Shown piece after piece: positions 24,389-38,287 of a DNA stretch of 64,000 nt. The position numbers and the translations under genes are program-made. Origin of the DNA: Tricharina praecox (Eukaryota); contig NW_026250403.1 in assembly GCF_024521635.1 (NCBI RefSeq), positions 62,001-126,000 of the forward strand, read 5' to 3'. Under the pieces are notes generated by a model, which saw only the letters and a program-made list of their open reading frames with translations, did no database searches and had not been told where the DNA came from. The stretch's first letter is position 1. The number at the start of each line of letters is the position of its first letter.

Positions 24389-27300
24389 CCATGCCATCAA
24401 GGGAGGTGAAACGAGGATGTGAAGGAGGGCTTAGTGATAATATTCATGTGCGGGGTCCGAAGTCGGCGTTTCTTGAAAATAATTCCCGGAGTTCTGCATT
24501 TATCCTTTAGTATCAGTCTCCAATTTTGCGGGGTGTTGGCGTGGTGTTGGCGGTGCCGCCCAGTCGTCCGCCTTCTCCTTCGCGGGGATGGATGCTGGGT
24601 CGAAAGCCGATTTTGGAATGTAGCAAAGTCATGACAGCCTGCATCCAGTCAGTAGAGGTCTAAATACGCATTTGAGCTCCGTTGGCAAGGAGACGGCTCC
24701 ACAATATCTACATTCCAAATCAAACCACCTCTCTCCGGGCTACTCAGGTAAAGAGTTATTACAGACCCCACGCAACACCGGCAGTGGTCGGCCAAGTCTG
24801 GATCTGAATCACGGCCCCCAAATGAAAGATAGGTACTCTACAATGCACTCGCGAGTCGCTCCGCTCGCTCCACCCAAGTTCAAACCTCAGCTACTAATGG
24901 TAGATATGTGCATAGCGCCGCGTACATGGCCATCCGATCTTCAGCTGGCGGGACAGCGTATCTATTACCTACTACCTAGTAGAGTACATAGACAGGTACG
25001 ATCCATCTCTTCTACTGGGTGGTTAGAGTACCGTATCGTACCGTACCGCCCCGTACCGTAGTAAACACCTGCAGCTGAAGCGCGAATTACCCACAACGTC
25101 GCTCCAGCCTATCGGTGGCAACATCCAGAGTACTCTACATAGGTAGTATTTCTCGCTTATGTAGAGTGTTCGTACCACCAAACGTCGCAGACTCGCAGAC
25201 GATGGCTTTGCCGATAGGTATGGCTTTGCCGGTAAACACCCGGACCAAGACGTCGAAAAGTGGAGAGGTTTTGAGATTTTCCGGTTTCCTGGTTTCCTGG
25301 GTGCTTGGTTTCCGGTGGGGCCCTGGGCTACCTAGTATTGTAGACTATAGGTAGTTGGTACATAGGACGGAGGGAAAGCACCATACGCGCCGCAATAACT
25401 ACACGCCGGGTGTGCTGAGCGACTTCCAACAGAAGACTCGAGAATCATCTTTCTAGGTCGATTCAGGTCGATCCAGGGCACAACTACCTACTGGTATTTA
25501 CTACCTACCTAGTACCTACCGTACCAAAGGTAAGTTTGCCCACCTCGGCAGGACCCCATGGCATACGAGTACATACCAGTACCGTATCCGAGTCAGGAAA
25601 GCACCAGCGGCCCCCACGAGCACCCGAGGGGGAGGGATTATGCACCGGCGGAGGTTGACCAATGGCCACCCCTTTGGCCGCGAGTAAGACTCGGAGAGTA
25701 ACCGGTCTACTACCTACATACATAATACATTAGTCGGTACTAGGTAAACCGTCGAATCCAAGCGCTCACCACTCCAGAAGCTTCGTGATTCCCCGGTTCA
25801 CTGTTTACGGACGGATGAACCGAGAGTCCACGAGTCCGAGACACGACCGCCAGGTACGGCAGGTACGGCATGTACGGCAGTTGTGGTTTGATGGTTTGAT
25901 TCCCATCGCAGTGGATGGGGTCCGAGACAGATGTCATTCCGTTCACTAGGTAGTAACCGGGATTTTTACGAGTCGAGTCGGGGTAAGCACAGCTCTGGGA
26001 AATCGAAAGCCCCCCAGCACAATACGTATGATAGGTATGGTACCGAAACTCCACATGCTAGTCCAGCTGATAATCGACAGATGGAGATGATTGTGGCTTG
26101 TCTTGTCGAGGTTGTCTATCGAGTGCTCGCGGATAGGTAAAAAGGCCGAGGATGAATGTCTTGCAGTACCTAGGCTTTACTCCATCAAACATCTACATGT
26201 TCATATCAGCTCTATGATATAGTAGTGTGTAGTTTCGCCTACTACTTAGGGATAGATACGAAATTATACCTAGGTTCACAATTAATATATCTCCAAAGGA
26301 TGGAAAATACGCGGAATGTAACGCTGTAAAGAATCAAGATGCGTTATTATTCCATTCCGCTATGCACATAGGCAGGTACATACCTACTTCATACATACAT
26401 CCACTGATAGTCTGATACATATCGACCGCCGTTCCTGCAGGCTGCATAAATTATCACCGGCTTTATACACCACACCCCACCAGTGACCACATCGGGACCT
26501 CGGGATCTCCATCTTGATATAGAGCCGACACACAGCACTTTATTCTCGGTCGCTTCTGAACTTCTGAGGGCAAATGGCCACGCGTTTCCCACTGCTCAGT
26601 GCCCACTGCCCAGTAGATACCGTAGGGGGTGAGAGGTGTTGTTTTATAGGCGCGGTCCCCTGCGTCGGCGGCGCACTGCGTGGAAGGCGAGGGACCACTA
26701 TTGTGAGCCGGCGCACGTGAGGTCGGCGGCGAAGTGGCGATCATAGGTACATACCGTGCGTACAGCTTGACTCTCGAGTCCATGGGATTTGGAATGCGTA
26801 TGGGTGAGTACGTGAGTGTGTACCCAGAGTACCTACCTAGGGAAGAGTACACACATTGTGTAATTGTTTGCCTTTTTGCTTTTGCTTTCAACTTCAGCTC
26901 GTGCGTGCGGTAGATAGATAACGCCAGATGATAGGTAGATCCAACAACCACATCCACGGCATAACTACCTCGAGTATCATACATATCGCCATACACGGCT
27001 TATTCCCCATCCCATCCTATCCCATTTCGATCCTGGGCCTAGGTACAGTATGTGCGTGCTGTTCTTTGCTTTGTGGCAGGGCTGAGAGGACCGCCGAATG
27101 GGCGCAGTGCACGGCGACGGGCGTCATGAGTTTTGGATTCGATCAAGTGAGCGATCGGCTAGAGTCAACACTCGACAGCGTCAGGCTGCCACGGTTGTGG
27201 GCCCAGGTGAAGTGGCACACTTCATCACGGCAGGCTGTAGTATGTATGGTACTCAGTACCGTAGAAGCCTGCGGCCAATAACGTCTGCCGTTCTGAAGCG

Positions 27301-29215
27301 TCGGACGTCTCGGCAAGAGGAGGGGGCCATATTATGGTGTGTATAGGCCTTCACGACTCAGAGTCTCACCGTCTCATCGCCCACGACCGAAACAGCAGCC
27401 ACCGCGCTCGCGAGTCGCCAGTCGCCACGGCCATCCATCAATCGCAAACCCTCACGTAAAGGTACCAGTCCTATGGTGGTGGTGGGTGTGTTACGTAGGT
27501 GTAATTATTATCTGCCTCTTTTTGCGGGGAAAAGAAGGGCGCAGCCGATTTAACAGGGCAGCAGGCATGGAGATTCGACTGCAGTTGCAGGCAGGGACAG
27601 GCATCGTCGTGTAGTAGCGCTGGTTTCGGTGTTGGTTGGCGTCGTGCACGTTTTTTTCCTTCGTTTTTTTTGGGACACACTTGTGGTGGTCGCCGTTGTT
27701 CGGGTTCGGCGTTGTCGATCTGCCACCACTAACCGGAGTAAAGTGGTTGTGTACCAATCCACACACGCAGCCAGGCATCTCGTATGTGGGGACCTTGGCC
27801 TTCTTCCGTGTCTTGTCGTGTCTCGTCGCATTCGCAAGATCGCCGTTCGCTCAGTACGGCTTTCGACTCCCGTGAGGCTTGGGCGGTTGTCGTGGAAGCT
27901 ATTGTGTACTTCGTTACGCCACTCCACCTCTGACGAAAGTCGTTTTGTCGTTGGCGTCGTCCTGGCTTCCATTCCTGGTTGGCCACGGGCACCTTCGTTC
28001 CTCACTCGGTCTCTTAACTTCGGTGCTAACAGGTATGTTAGTACAAGCACTGTTGGTCTGTTAGTTAGTCGACTCCTCGGTACTTGCGATCCGAGCAAGG
28101 AGATCTCGAGACATAATTATGATTTCTTCTGCGGAAGGCACGTAACCGCGCTCGTATGGAGCCGTTCGTCTCGGGGATACTGACAGCTTGTGGGATAGTA
28201 GCCCGGGATTGTCGTAAACGGTTGATGGATTTGTTAATAGACCGATATCTCGGATGGGGAGAAGGTAATGTGCTATAGGATAGAGTTAGTATAGGTAGTA
28301 TTGTGCTCGGATTGTCGGGAATCTATGTCTCGCATCCTCTGCTCCTCTGCCGGGGGGCTGATTGCATGTATGATTCGGTTGGCAGTGGTGGAGTGGTGGA
28401 GTGGTCGATTTGGGAGTGTGTCGTGGAGTGTGGTTAGCTGGATAGTGGTCGGCGACCTGCAGAATCATGGCCGGCCATCCGGCCACCTCGAGAATTAAGA
28501 ACTTGCTAAATACAACTTCGCAGGGCCAAAAGGGCCGCTTTAAGAGGTATTAGTTAGGCCGTGGGACAAAACGTGCCCTCCAGCGGCAAGCCGTCGAATG
28601 GATCATATCAACAGCCTGTCCCACTGTACTATAAACTACCATACTGTGACTTGATTTCCTCCTCGCCTCCTCCTGCTCCTTCTTCTTCTTCCCTCCCTTG
28701 CGCTCTTTCCTCCCCTCCTCCTTCTCCCTTCCTTTTGTACCCCGCCCGTCCTCCTCTTCCTCCACTCCCTCTGTTGATCCCCCGTGTGGTGATGTTCGTT
28801 CGTTCCATTCTGCGTCGTACATCTCATTCTCGCTCCCATCCTCGCCGGCGGTATTGAGACCATAAATAATCGCTTATCAGCCCCCCGTCGCCCATCGCTC
28901 CATCACAAATCATCGCATAACTGGCGCAAGTCGGAATAGCCTTATCGCTTCGAATCGGCCGCAACCAAACCCAAACCCCCCTCCCCGACAACAACCCAAC
29001 CACAACTCTCAGCTGGCCTGGCCCTAACTACCCGAGCATATCCCCCCAGACCAGACCTCCCGGAATTCGTCACCTCCCGCTCCCCCCTACCCCACCCCCC
29101 TTCCGGGCATTTAACCTCGACACGTCTAAACCACTCACTTCCCGCTGCCACTACTTATTACTACCGCACCCACCCACCCCGTTGACGTCGACCCCGCATC
29201 ACACCAACCACAGTC

Positions 29216-32041
29216 ATGGCGCAACGGTCGGCCCGCGCGCGTTCCAAGCTCGACAAGATCACAGCCGCGAACGGCACCACAGCACCACATCCACCTCAAC
29301 GGAAACCCACACTCGGCCATGGAGGCGCCCGCCTCGGCTCGGGAGGACTGTTGACCCCGAGTGCTAGCAGTGTGTCGGGATCGTCGACGCGCAACTCTCA
29401 GCCGGCGCCGAGAATCGGCAAGGGCACGCTGAGGAGCTTCTTCGATGCGCAGGGAGAGAAGTTAAGGGGCAGGCTCGCCCACGGAAATCAGCGCAGGGAT
29501 ACGGATGGGGCCACGAGCTTTTATGCTGGTCTGGGTGGCGGTGTAGGTTTGGGACATGGTGGGAGGGGTGGTGGGGGTGGACTGTCGGGTTTGAGCAGCT
29601 TGGGCACCATTGGCGAGGAGCGTGTGCAGGTACGGAGGTGGGAGGGCACTGGCAGTCGGGGCGAGAATTGGGATGGAGGTGGACAGGGCAAGAAGGTGGG
29701 TTCACTGTATGGTGGCGGTGTGTCAGTGGATATGCTGACTCCGGGATAGGATTTGGAGTTATGGTTTCCGGATGGCGACACGTTGGTCTACCTCACCGAC
29801 AAACCGCTGCCGCCGCGGAATCCGCATGACCTATACAAGCCCCCTGTGCCGCAACCTTCCTTCCGGCTACGCTCCAGCGTGCTGAGGAAGACGGAATCGC
29901 TGTATCTTACCTCATTACTAGACGAGTCGATAAGGGACCGGCCCATGACGCCGGCAGAAATCGCCGAAGAGTTTCCTGTACACCAGACGGAGGAGCAGCT
30001 GATGGACTACGAGTACCAGTTGCGACGCACCAGGACGCTAGAGCTGACCAGCTCCGCGGCATCGGCACATACACAGAACTCGGTAAGGACGCAAGACACC
30101 GTCGAGAGCGGCATCACGTACCGACTCTACTTCCCTGCTTCACCAAGGTATGACAAGACGACGCGACACAAATTTCACCTGACGACGCGTAACTTCTTCG
30201 CGATGCTCTTCGGCCAGCCGTTAGTGGGTGTCACGGTAGGACAGGCGCTCACGGATCTGATGGAACGCACCGACAAGTACCTCTTTGCCGGTCCTATACC
30301 GATGGAGTACGATCTGGCCGATCGGGGAATCTCCGAGATCGAGTCGCCGTTCGGCTCGTTCTCAACAGCCGGGAGTGTCCATCCGCAAGAGAGGAAGACG
30401 TCGAGCCCCAACAGCATCGCGATGGTGCTCAATTACATTGACGCTCGCGAATTCAGCGATGTGCGCAACTGGGCGGAGGGTGCCGCGGGGCTACTCGTGT
30501 GGTCCGAGCGCGTCGGGTCCGATGCCGCGCTGAGGCAGAACCTGACGCCACATGACTTGCACCGTGTCGAATCATTGTGGCGGGAAGGGTTCGTGCATTG
30601 CACGGGGCTGCTTTCGTCCCTGCAGATGCTACCCGAATGGCGTGAAATCTCGCCAATCACGAAGGCGCTGATCGACCGCGCGTCTCTCGAGATCCAGGTA
30701 CGAGTCAGCAACGCCGACGCAAGGATGGCTGGATTCAACTTCCACGACATGTGGCCCGTCTCTTCCGCGGGACCCCCACCGGCTCGTCTTTCTTTCGACC
30801 GGTTCCAGAAGTTCCTGGTAAAGCATTACACGTCTCGGTTCGGATCCTGGCCACCGCCAGAGGGCCGTTTCACTCGCACCCTCTACCTTCATCTGCAGCG
30901 TGATTTCACCACTCTGTACTCCTACATCGTTGATCAGGATGCAGTGTGGTCTCCTCCGCACGACCAGCCCACGCTTTCGTCCAGAAGGACAATCCTCAAA
31001 CCGGGTAATGCCATCTGGCGGGCCGACGACGAGTTCCTGCCCATGACGGACATCCTGAGTACCTTCGATGACCGCGAGAACCACCCACCGATTCCGCATC
31101 CCTTCCCCTTGGTGCCCCTTTCGAACCGGGCCGGTACCGTCATGATCTCTCCCGGCGGCACTGGCGGCAACAAGAAACAGAAGGGCTTCTCCTTCGCCGG
31201 TGCCAACCCTCGCAACCGCAATTCCACCGGTAACCCCGGGGCAGCGCAAGCAGCACTGGCTCTCAGCGAGAGCACCAACATCGAAGCGCTGAGGTCGTCT
31301 ACGACGTCAAACCCGCTCCTCGAAGCCTTCCAGGTTCATGAAAAGTCAATTCCCGCACACGAAATCTCACCCCACGATGCGCGAAAGGGCCGCTGGATCA
31401 TGATCTACGGTGTTCTGCAGACTTTGGCTTCCGTCGCCGTCGACGCACCAGGAATCAACTGGACCGAAGGCGTCGAGTACTGGATCAACCCGAAGCTGCG
31501 CGACACACCCCCATGGGGCAAAGCGGTGCCCGCAGTGGTTCCCCAATCACCGACCGGCGAGCGGGGCGACGAACGCTCCCACTTCCGTAGTCACTGCTGG
31601 GTCTCGGTAGGCCCCAAGGAGGTTGCCGCCGTGCCGCTGCTTCCGCCCGGCTTCACCGCACCTGCGGTAGCAGCCCGCCGAATGCGCCAGCGAAGCCGAA
31701 GTCGCAGCCGCAAAGCGCTCCGCGCACTACACAGGGAACAAGCCACCATACCCACCACATCCGCACATGCCGCCACATCACCCGTCGAGCTCCCGGCGAA
31801 CGACGAGATAGCTATGGCATCGCCCAGGAGCGAGTACTCGCACGATAAGAACGAGAGCAGTGGCGACGAGGGCGACGACGAAATGGACGCCGAGAGCCCG
31901 TCGCCGCCACCAACGACGCAGAACATGTTCCGGACGTGGGGACAGCGGCACGTGAAGGGCGACGCGGAGAGTCCTGGCGTCGTACGGGGCGGCACTGCGC
32001 CGTGGGAAACGGAGGCTGGGCAGAGGGCGGAGCCGATGTAG
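29216..32041 (+). CDS. Conserved ascomycete hypothetical protein (~920 aa; resembles DUF8004-type proteins); intron 29696-29749
   Basis: Spliced junction reads RRWEG...NWD...KK/DLELWFPDGDTLVYL, followed by TTRNFFA.L...PLVG, LWREGFVHC.G, FGSWPP, HP.P and RKGRW..IYGVLQ.L. Family name is from memory. Confidence 0.85.
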
Positions 32042-32422
32042 GCATGTGGGCAAGTGATTGCGGGTTTCTCGGAGTTTGGGTTTGATATCTGCGTTTTTGT
32101 TTTGCTTGGGAATTGATATTTCTTCTCTTATCTCTGCTCTTCTTTGTTTGGGTTGGGTTGGAAGTTGGAAGTGTGCAGCGCCGGATGGCTTGGTTGGTTG
32201 GATGGGACGGATGGACGGATGGATGGACACTTTGATACCCCACTTTCATTACTCACTCTTCTCTTTTTTATTTTTGTTTTTGTCGTATTTCGATCAGACC
32301 TACGTCCGATTTGACTTGTCTTTTATCTTTTATCTGTGGCTTTTACCTACTTCGCTCTTCTGGGTTTTTCTATGTTGGTTTGTTTTATCTATATTGTTTT
32401 TGGAGCGGTGGGAGGAGTCGGC

Positions 32423-32502
32423 TGGGAATGGATGGGAATGGATGGGATGGGATGGGATGGGATGGGATGGGATGGGATGGGATGGGATGGGATGGGACGG
32501 GA
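32423..32502. repeat. (GGGAT)n pentanucleotide microsatellite
   Basis: Read directly. Confidence 0.95.
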
Positions 32503-35359
32503 TTGTGGGTTAAGCGTGCCGGTTTGGATACCGGATACTGAAGTCTGAAGAATGCAATTGATGCGTGCATTCTACTCCTTGGATCGTCTCTGTACATGCG
32601 TACATGTGTGCATGTGTGTTTTCGCCGCAATCTGGACGGGACGGCGTTGTCCTTGGCAGCGCTTTATGAGTGGTGCTGATTGCAACTTGCAAGATGCCAT
32701 CACGTTGCTCGAGATAGTTCGAAGGAATGAGCTTTCGCAGCTGGCTATAATAGGTGGATGGTAGGCGGAGAGGACCCCAAGGTATCATTCGCGGCTACAA
32801 GTAGTATCGCCGTGACAATAGGTATATCTATCTAGTAGCCTTGGCCTCACATGCGGTCACTCTACCGATTGAACCTGCCTCAATCTACTCTACCTTCCAA
32901 GCAGCGGAAGATTCCAAGCCGCGGAATGGACCAACCATATACGACAACAAATCGATTGTCTCTATCTCTTTTTCTCTCTCACACACCGGAACGGGCCCTG
33001 CAAACCGCAGAAAAGCGATACTGGCGGGCGTCCACGCAGTAGGTAGTCGCGTATCATTGGGAATAGGTAGGTTCGCGCTGCTGCGGCAGAACCAGACAAT
33101 CGACTTGGAGGTGGACATCTGAAAGTCTCGATGTGAATGACGTAGTTAGCAGTAAAAGCAGATTATAACAGAGCCAATGGAGAGCGGATACGGATTACTC
33201 CCTAATAATTGGTAGTCTTTCTGTTCTTTTACCGATTCTGCGAGTGATAATATGTGCTTGCAGTGGTGGTAGGTATCGTGTGTATCCCTCGGGAAGATGT
33301 GCATTTAACTATGAATCGGGATATGAGACGGAGGAATTGCTTGTACGAGATGGAACCCGTGTAATATAGGTCTGTGTGTAGTCCTTCGAACTCACGCAGT
33401 GTATTTGCGTCGAGCTGAGTTGAGCTGAGCTGAGCTGAACGGGTTGTAACATGTATCACAGACTCCGACTCGTCAGCTTCAGCTCGGGCTGAACGCTTAA
33501 CTAGGGCCACGTCTAGGTAGTAGATCGGAGCCGTTGGGTGAAAACGAAGGGCGCTGTGAGCACTCCCTAGGCCAGCACCCGGAGGATTGGTGCGCCGAGG
33601 CAATGTCAGTGCCTTGCGGGATTGTGGCGGCTGATGATGACGAGGGCAAGGGAAGACCAAGACCACGCTCGGAAATGGCAACTTGGCAAGAAGACGAAGG
33701 ATGGAGGAATGTGTGTGGGCTATATAGGCTTTTATAACTACTACTACGCAGAAACTATCCGTGGTGTGTATGTCATACAGCTGCTGCCTGCGGCGGCCGG
33801 CCGGCGCGCAGTGTGGTGGCAACATCGTTATTGCTACAGCTACAGCTATCGCCACGCTGTGCTGTAGCACTATTGTGAGACTCTGCCCCTCAGCAATCCG
33901 CGGCTGAAGTCCAACCACCACCCATACACCAGGTTGCGCTTGAGAGATCGCAATGCCGGCGGCAACAGCTATTACCGGTAGCTATCGATTTCGGAGACCG
34001 CCGAATCCCTCCCGCGGTTACACATCTCCTCTGGGTACCTAGAGCAACTACCGATATCTACCATCCAGCAGAAGCCCGAGATTCGAAACGTGGGATCTCC
34101 ACTCGGCGGTGGTTGGTTAATTGGTTGGTGGTGGTGTTTGTTTGTTCTGGATATGTAGGCGCTATCTAGAGTACCTACTCTACCTAGTAACTATCGTCTC
34201 GGTTCCGCGATGGGAAGGTGCCGAGTTCAGAAGGAGCTCCCGGAGATCTCGCTAGAGTAGAAGATAGGCTAGGATGGGGGGCTAGTTATCTGGTATCTCG
34301 ATACATAATCCGCCGAAATGCGGGGTTGCCGTTGGGGTCGGGGGTCGGGGGAGGGAGGAGGGGGGAGTGGTGAAGGGAGCCGCAGTTCCTGCATGCGAGA
34401 TGGAGGGGCGGAGAGGCGGAGAATCGGAGGGGGCCGCTGCTCCGATCGAGAAGGCGTCGGTCGTGGGACGGAAGCCTGTATTACCGGGTTGCTAGTTAGG
34501 GACGATGATGTTGTGCAGCATGACACCTGCACCCGCCATACAGTTTGCCCAGAGACAGAGAAGAGGCGGATTCCACTTCAAGACCACGAGCCGTCCGCGT
34601 CGGAGCTCGGAACTCAGAAACTCCACTCCCGGGTTAGTCTGGCAGTTGGTCGGCCGGCGGATGCGCTGTGCTCGCATTCGCACTCGCACTCACACTCATT
34701 CCCGAACGGTGGCGATGGGACGGGAGACTAATGACCAAGTGCTGGAAAGTCGAAACGTGCGCTTGTTACCAGCGGCTGACTCGCTGCCCCAGAGCTCCTC
34801 CTCCCCCCCTCCTCTTAGCATGCGTTCCAGCCGACCGCTTCCCTGCGCAAATCCCACGCAACGTCCTTCCTTGGAGATTTAGCTCGCCGACGCTGGAGAC
34901 GACAACAGCCTATCAAGTACAGCCCGTGAAGGCCGGAACCGGGATATCGCCTTTTGTCCCTAGCCGCAAATGAGGAAGGCAAGATTGGGGAAACCCCTGC
35001 CCTACCGATCGACTCAATCCGGAGTTATGCTGTGCTGTGCGAGACCGTGGACGGTCCTGCGGAATCTGCTCATGTAACCGCAACCTATACATCGGATCGT
35101 ACAGGATCGTACAGGCTGGCTCGCACAGGCTGGCTCGCACGACGGCCCCTTCCGATGGCTGTCGTGCCGTTACATCGTCGTGTGTGTGTTTGTGTGGGTG
35201 TGGGTGTCGGCGGTATGTTTCCGCCTGGGCTGAGGGGGGCTGAAGGGGAGTATAAAGGCATCGCCGAATCACCACAAAGATGATCCGTTCCAAAGCCATC
35301 CGCAGCAGCAATCTCCAGCTCTCCTCGTCTCGGTCTCTCCATACCCCTCACTCCTCAGA

Positions 35360-36092
35360 ATGAAGGTCTTCACTGCTCTTGCCATCTTCGCCGGTCTCAT
35401 CGCCGGCTCCTCCGCCGCCGCGATCGAGAAGCGTGCTCCTCCCAACATTCCGACCGCCGCCAGCGCAAAGACCATGCTCGCAGCGCTTCCCACGAGAACC
35501 ACTGATGCTACTGGCTACCAGCGGTCTGTTTATCCCACTCCTTCTCGCAGCCAGAACAACGACTGACATCTCCCACTTAGCTCGCTGTTCCCCCACTGGA
35601 TCACCATCTCCGGCAATTGCAACACCCGCGAGACGGTGCTGAACCGCGACGGCACCGGCCTGACAATCGGCAGCGACTGCTACCCCTCATCCGGCAGCTG
35701 GTTCTCGCCCTACGACGGTGCCACCTGGACCGCCGCCTCGGACCTCGACATCGACCACGTGGTCCCGCTCTCCAACGCGTGGAAATCCGGTGCCAACACC
35801 TGGGTATAACCATCCCTCCCCCATCTGTCCGACCCGCATCCACTAAAGCATACACTAGACCACCGCCCGCCGCCAAACCTTTGCCAACGACCTGACCAAC
35901 CCGCAGCTGATCGCGGTCACCGACGACGTCAACTCGGCCAAGGGCGATAAGTCCCCCGATGCATGGGTGCCGCCGCTGTCGAGCTACCACTGCACGTATG
36001 CGCGCATGTGGGTCAAGGTCAAGTCCGTCTACTCGCTCTCCGTCACCGCTGCGGAGAAGTCGAAGTTGACGAGTATGTTGAATACTTGCTAG
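35360..36092 (+). CDS. Secreted His-Me (HNH) nuclease, DUF1524/GmrSD C-terminal-like; introns 35524-35580, 35804-35858
   Basis: Signal peptide plus KR propeptide site. GYQRSLFPHW, CNTRETVL.RDG, W.SPYDG, DIDHVVPLSNAW.SGA, FANDL..PQLIAVT..N..KGD..P..W.P. TATAAA at 35251. Confidence 0.92.
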
Positions 36093-37196
36093 ATGGAGGG
36101 CTGGGATGGATGGGGATGTATGGTGCATAGATAGCAATTGGCCTGGGTACCAAGAATATTATGTATGAACATCGCTTGAGGGGTAGATGATGTGAAAGAT
36201 GTTGCCACGTTGTGGATTGCCATGTAACGTAAATTTATGTATGATACATACCAGAAAGAAGTTTTTATTTTTTCAAGGGTTCCATCCTCACAGTGACATG
36301 AACAGTCACCCATCTCTCCCATAACACAGAGTACAATACACGATAGTTACGACCAACTTAACCCTCGATATAAGGTAGGTAGTAGCATATTTGCTTAACT
36401 ATCCAGAAGATGCTTCCTTCCGAACGCCACTCGACTCGTACTGTATCCCAGGGTTTAATTACGAGCACCTAGGTACCTCGGAACAAAGCTGGAGACGGGG
36501 GAACGTAGTTCAAGGTGGTAGTTATGATCCATTGTCGTACTTGCGGGCCGCGGCATCCATACTTCCCGTGGATTGAAGGGAAGTGTAAGGGGCAGCAAAC
36601 CCAGCTCCAAGGCCTAAATGCCTATTGTGAGGATAACTAGAGGATTTGGAATGTCATTTCTGTTTTTCAGGGTTTGGTGGTGGAATTTCTTTGTCACATG
36701 CATTATTGAATGTAGATACCTCTAAAATACGGCCATAATCCTAATCGTTTGGATGGCTTCAGTTTTCAGTTCCAGTTTTAGAGCCAAATCCAGTTCCCCG
36801 TAAAGGGAGTCCACGGTTGAAGTTAAAATACGGTACTGAGTGGTGGTGAAGAAAAGACCTCCAGAGGTCAGTTCCCATTCCATCGCTGGAGCCGCACAGT
36901 GCCATCCAAACAGGCCCTTAAGGTTCCATGCTGTACGAAATACGGTATCAATCACCTCCAAGGCGACACATCCCGCACGTCACGTGACCACCGGGGTTCC
37001 CGAACCCCGAACCGACGAGACCAGCCGAGCTGGTGACGGAAGCGGGACGACTAGTCGCTGAGTAGCGGTAACCGGAGACCTACCTAGCAAAACCACGACA
37101 ACAAGCCCGCGCACCTGGAATGTGCGCGAATGAGTACATAGAGTACACAGTTTAGAGTACACGTATTGGGTTTCGGACCGGAATGTTAATCTCCCC

Positions 37197-38287
37197 ATGA
37201 GCGTCCGAAGCTTTTTATCGCAGCTGCGCGCGACCCTCGTCCCTGTTTCCGCCCACATCTGCGCACCACCGGCATCGATACCGATACCACACACCGCAGT
37301 CCGCATCCCCACCCCCACCATGACCGGCATCACGTTCTACCCGTCCGGCGGCGTCGGCTTCGCAATAACATTCCCGACGTTCGAGCTCGCGCCGGGGCAG
37401 CTGCACAACTTCGCGTCGCGCAGGCTCGAGGAGTGCGTGTTCACGCACCGCTCCGCCGCGCCTACGACGGCGACCTACGAGAGCTTCTCGCACGCTGCCA
37501 ACTACTCCGGCGGCCGCGCCGCCCGCTGGCGCAACGATAACGAACACTTGGAGTTCATTGGCGATATGGTGCTCAAGGGGCTCACAGGCATGCTGATCGA
37601 GGAGCTGCACCCCGACGCCGACGAGGGGTACATGTCTGTACGTCCTGTTCCGCCCCCACCCCGCGCGCCGCAGCTGACGGATGGATGGTGCGGCTATGTA
37701 GGCGCTCACGACGGTAGTCCTCAGCAACAGCTTCTACGCGCACATGAGCCGGGCACACGGGCTCGACCGGCGGCTGCGGCTGCAGGGCGTGAACCACGAG
37801 AACGTGCTGGAGAGCGAGCGCGTGCTCGGCGGGCTGTTTGAGGCGTACATTGCCGGCGTCTACAAGGAGTATGGCAACGCTGGGTTCGCCGCGCTGTACG
37901 CGTGGTTCGCGTGGTGGATGCGCCCGTATTTCGTCGAGATATCGACGCAGCTGCGAAGTACCCCGCCCGCCCCACCACCCCACTACCCCCACCACGTTCT
38001 TGGCAAGGCATGGCTGACAGCGAGAAAAAGGATCGGACCAGCCAGAGTTCTCGACGCCGAGCCTCTCGCCCGTTTCGAGACTGCACGAGTACGTCGATGC
38101 GCACCGACTACCGCAGCCGGAGTATAGGTTTGTGCAGGTGGAGGGATGTGGCTACACGGGGGCACCCGAGTGGGCTTGCGTCGTGCAGCTGGGAGAGACG
38201 GAGGTGCGCGGGAAAACCATGTCCAAGAAGAAACTGGCGAAAGACGAGGGGTGTAAGGCTGCGCTGGAGTATCTGATGAACACGTAG
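37197..38287 (+). CDS. Ribonuclease III domain + C-terminal dsRBD protein; introns 37638-37701 and 37958-38045 (acceptor could be 38030)
   Basis: FTHRS, signature NEHLEFIGD, LSN...A, GL...L and LFEAYIAG. Last exon PVSRLHEY...PQPEYRF...WACVVQLG...SKKKLAK..GCKAALEYL fits a dsRBD. Confidence 0.88.
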
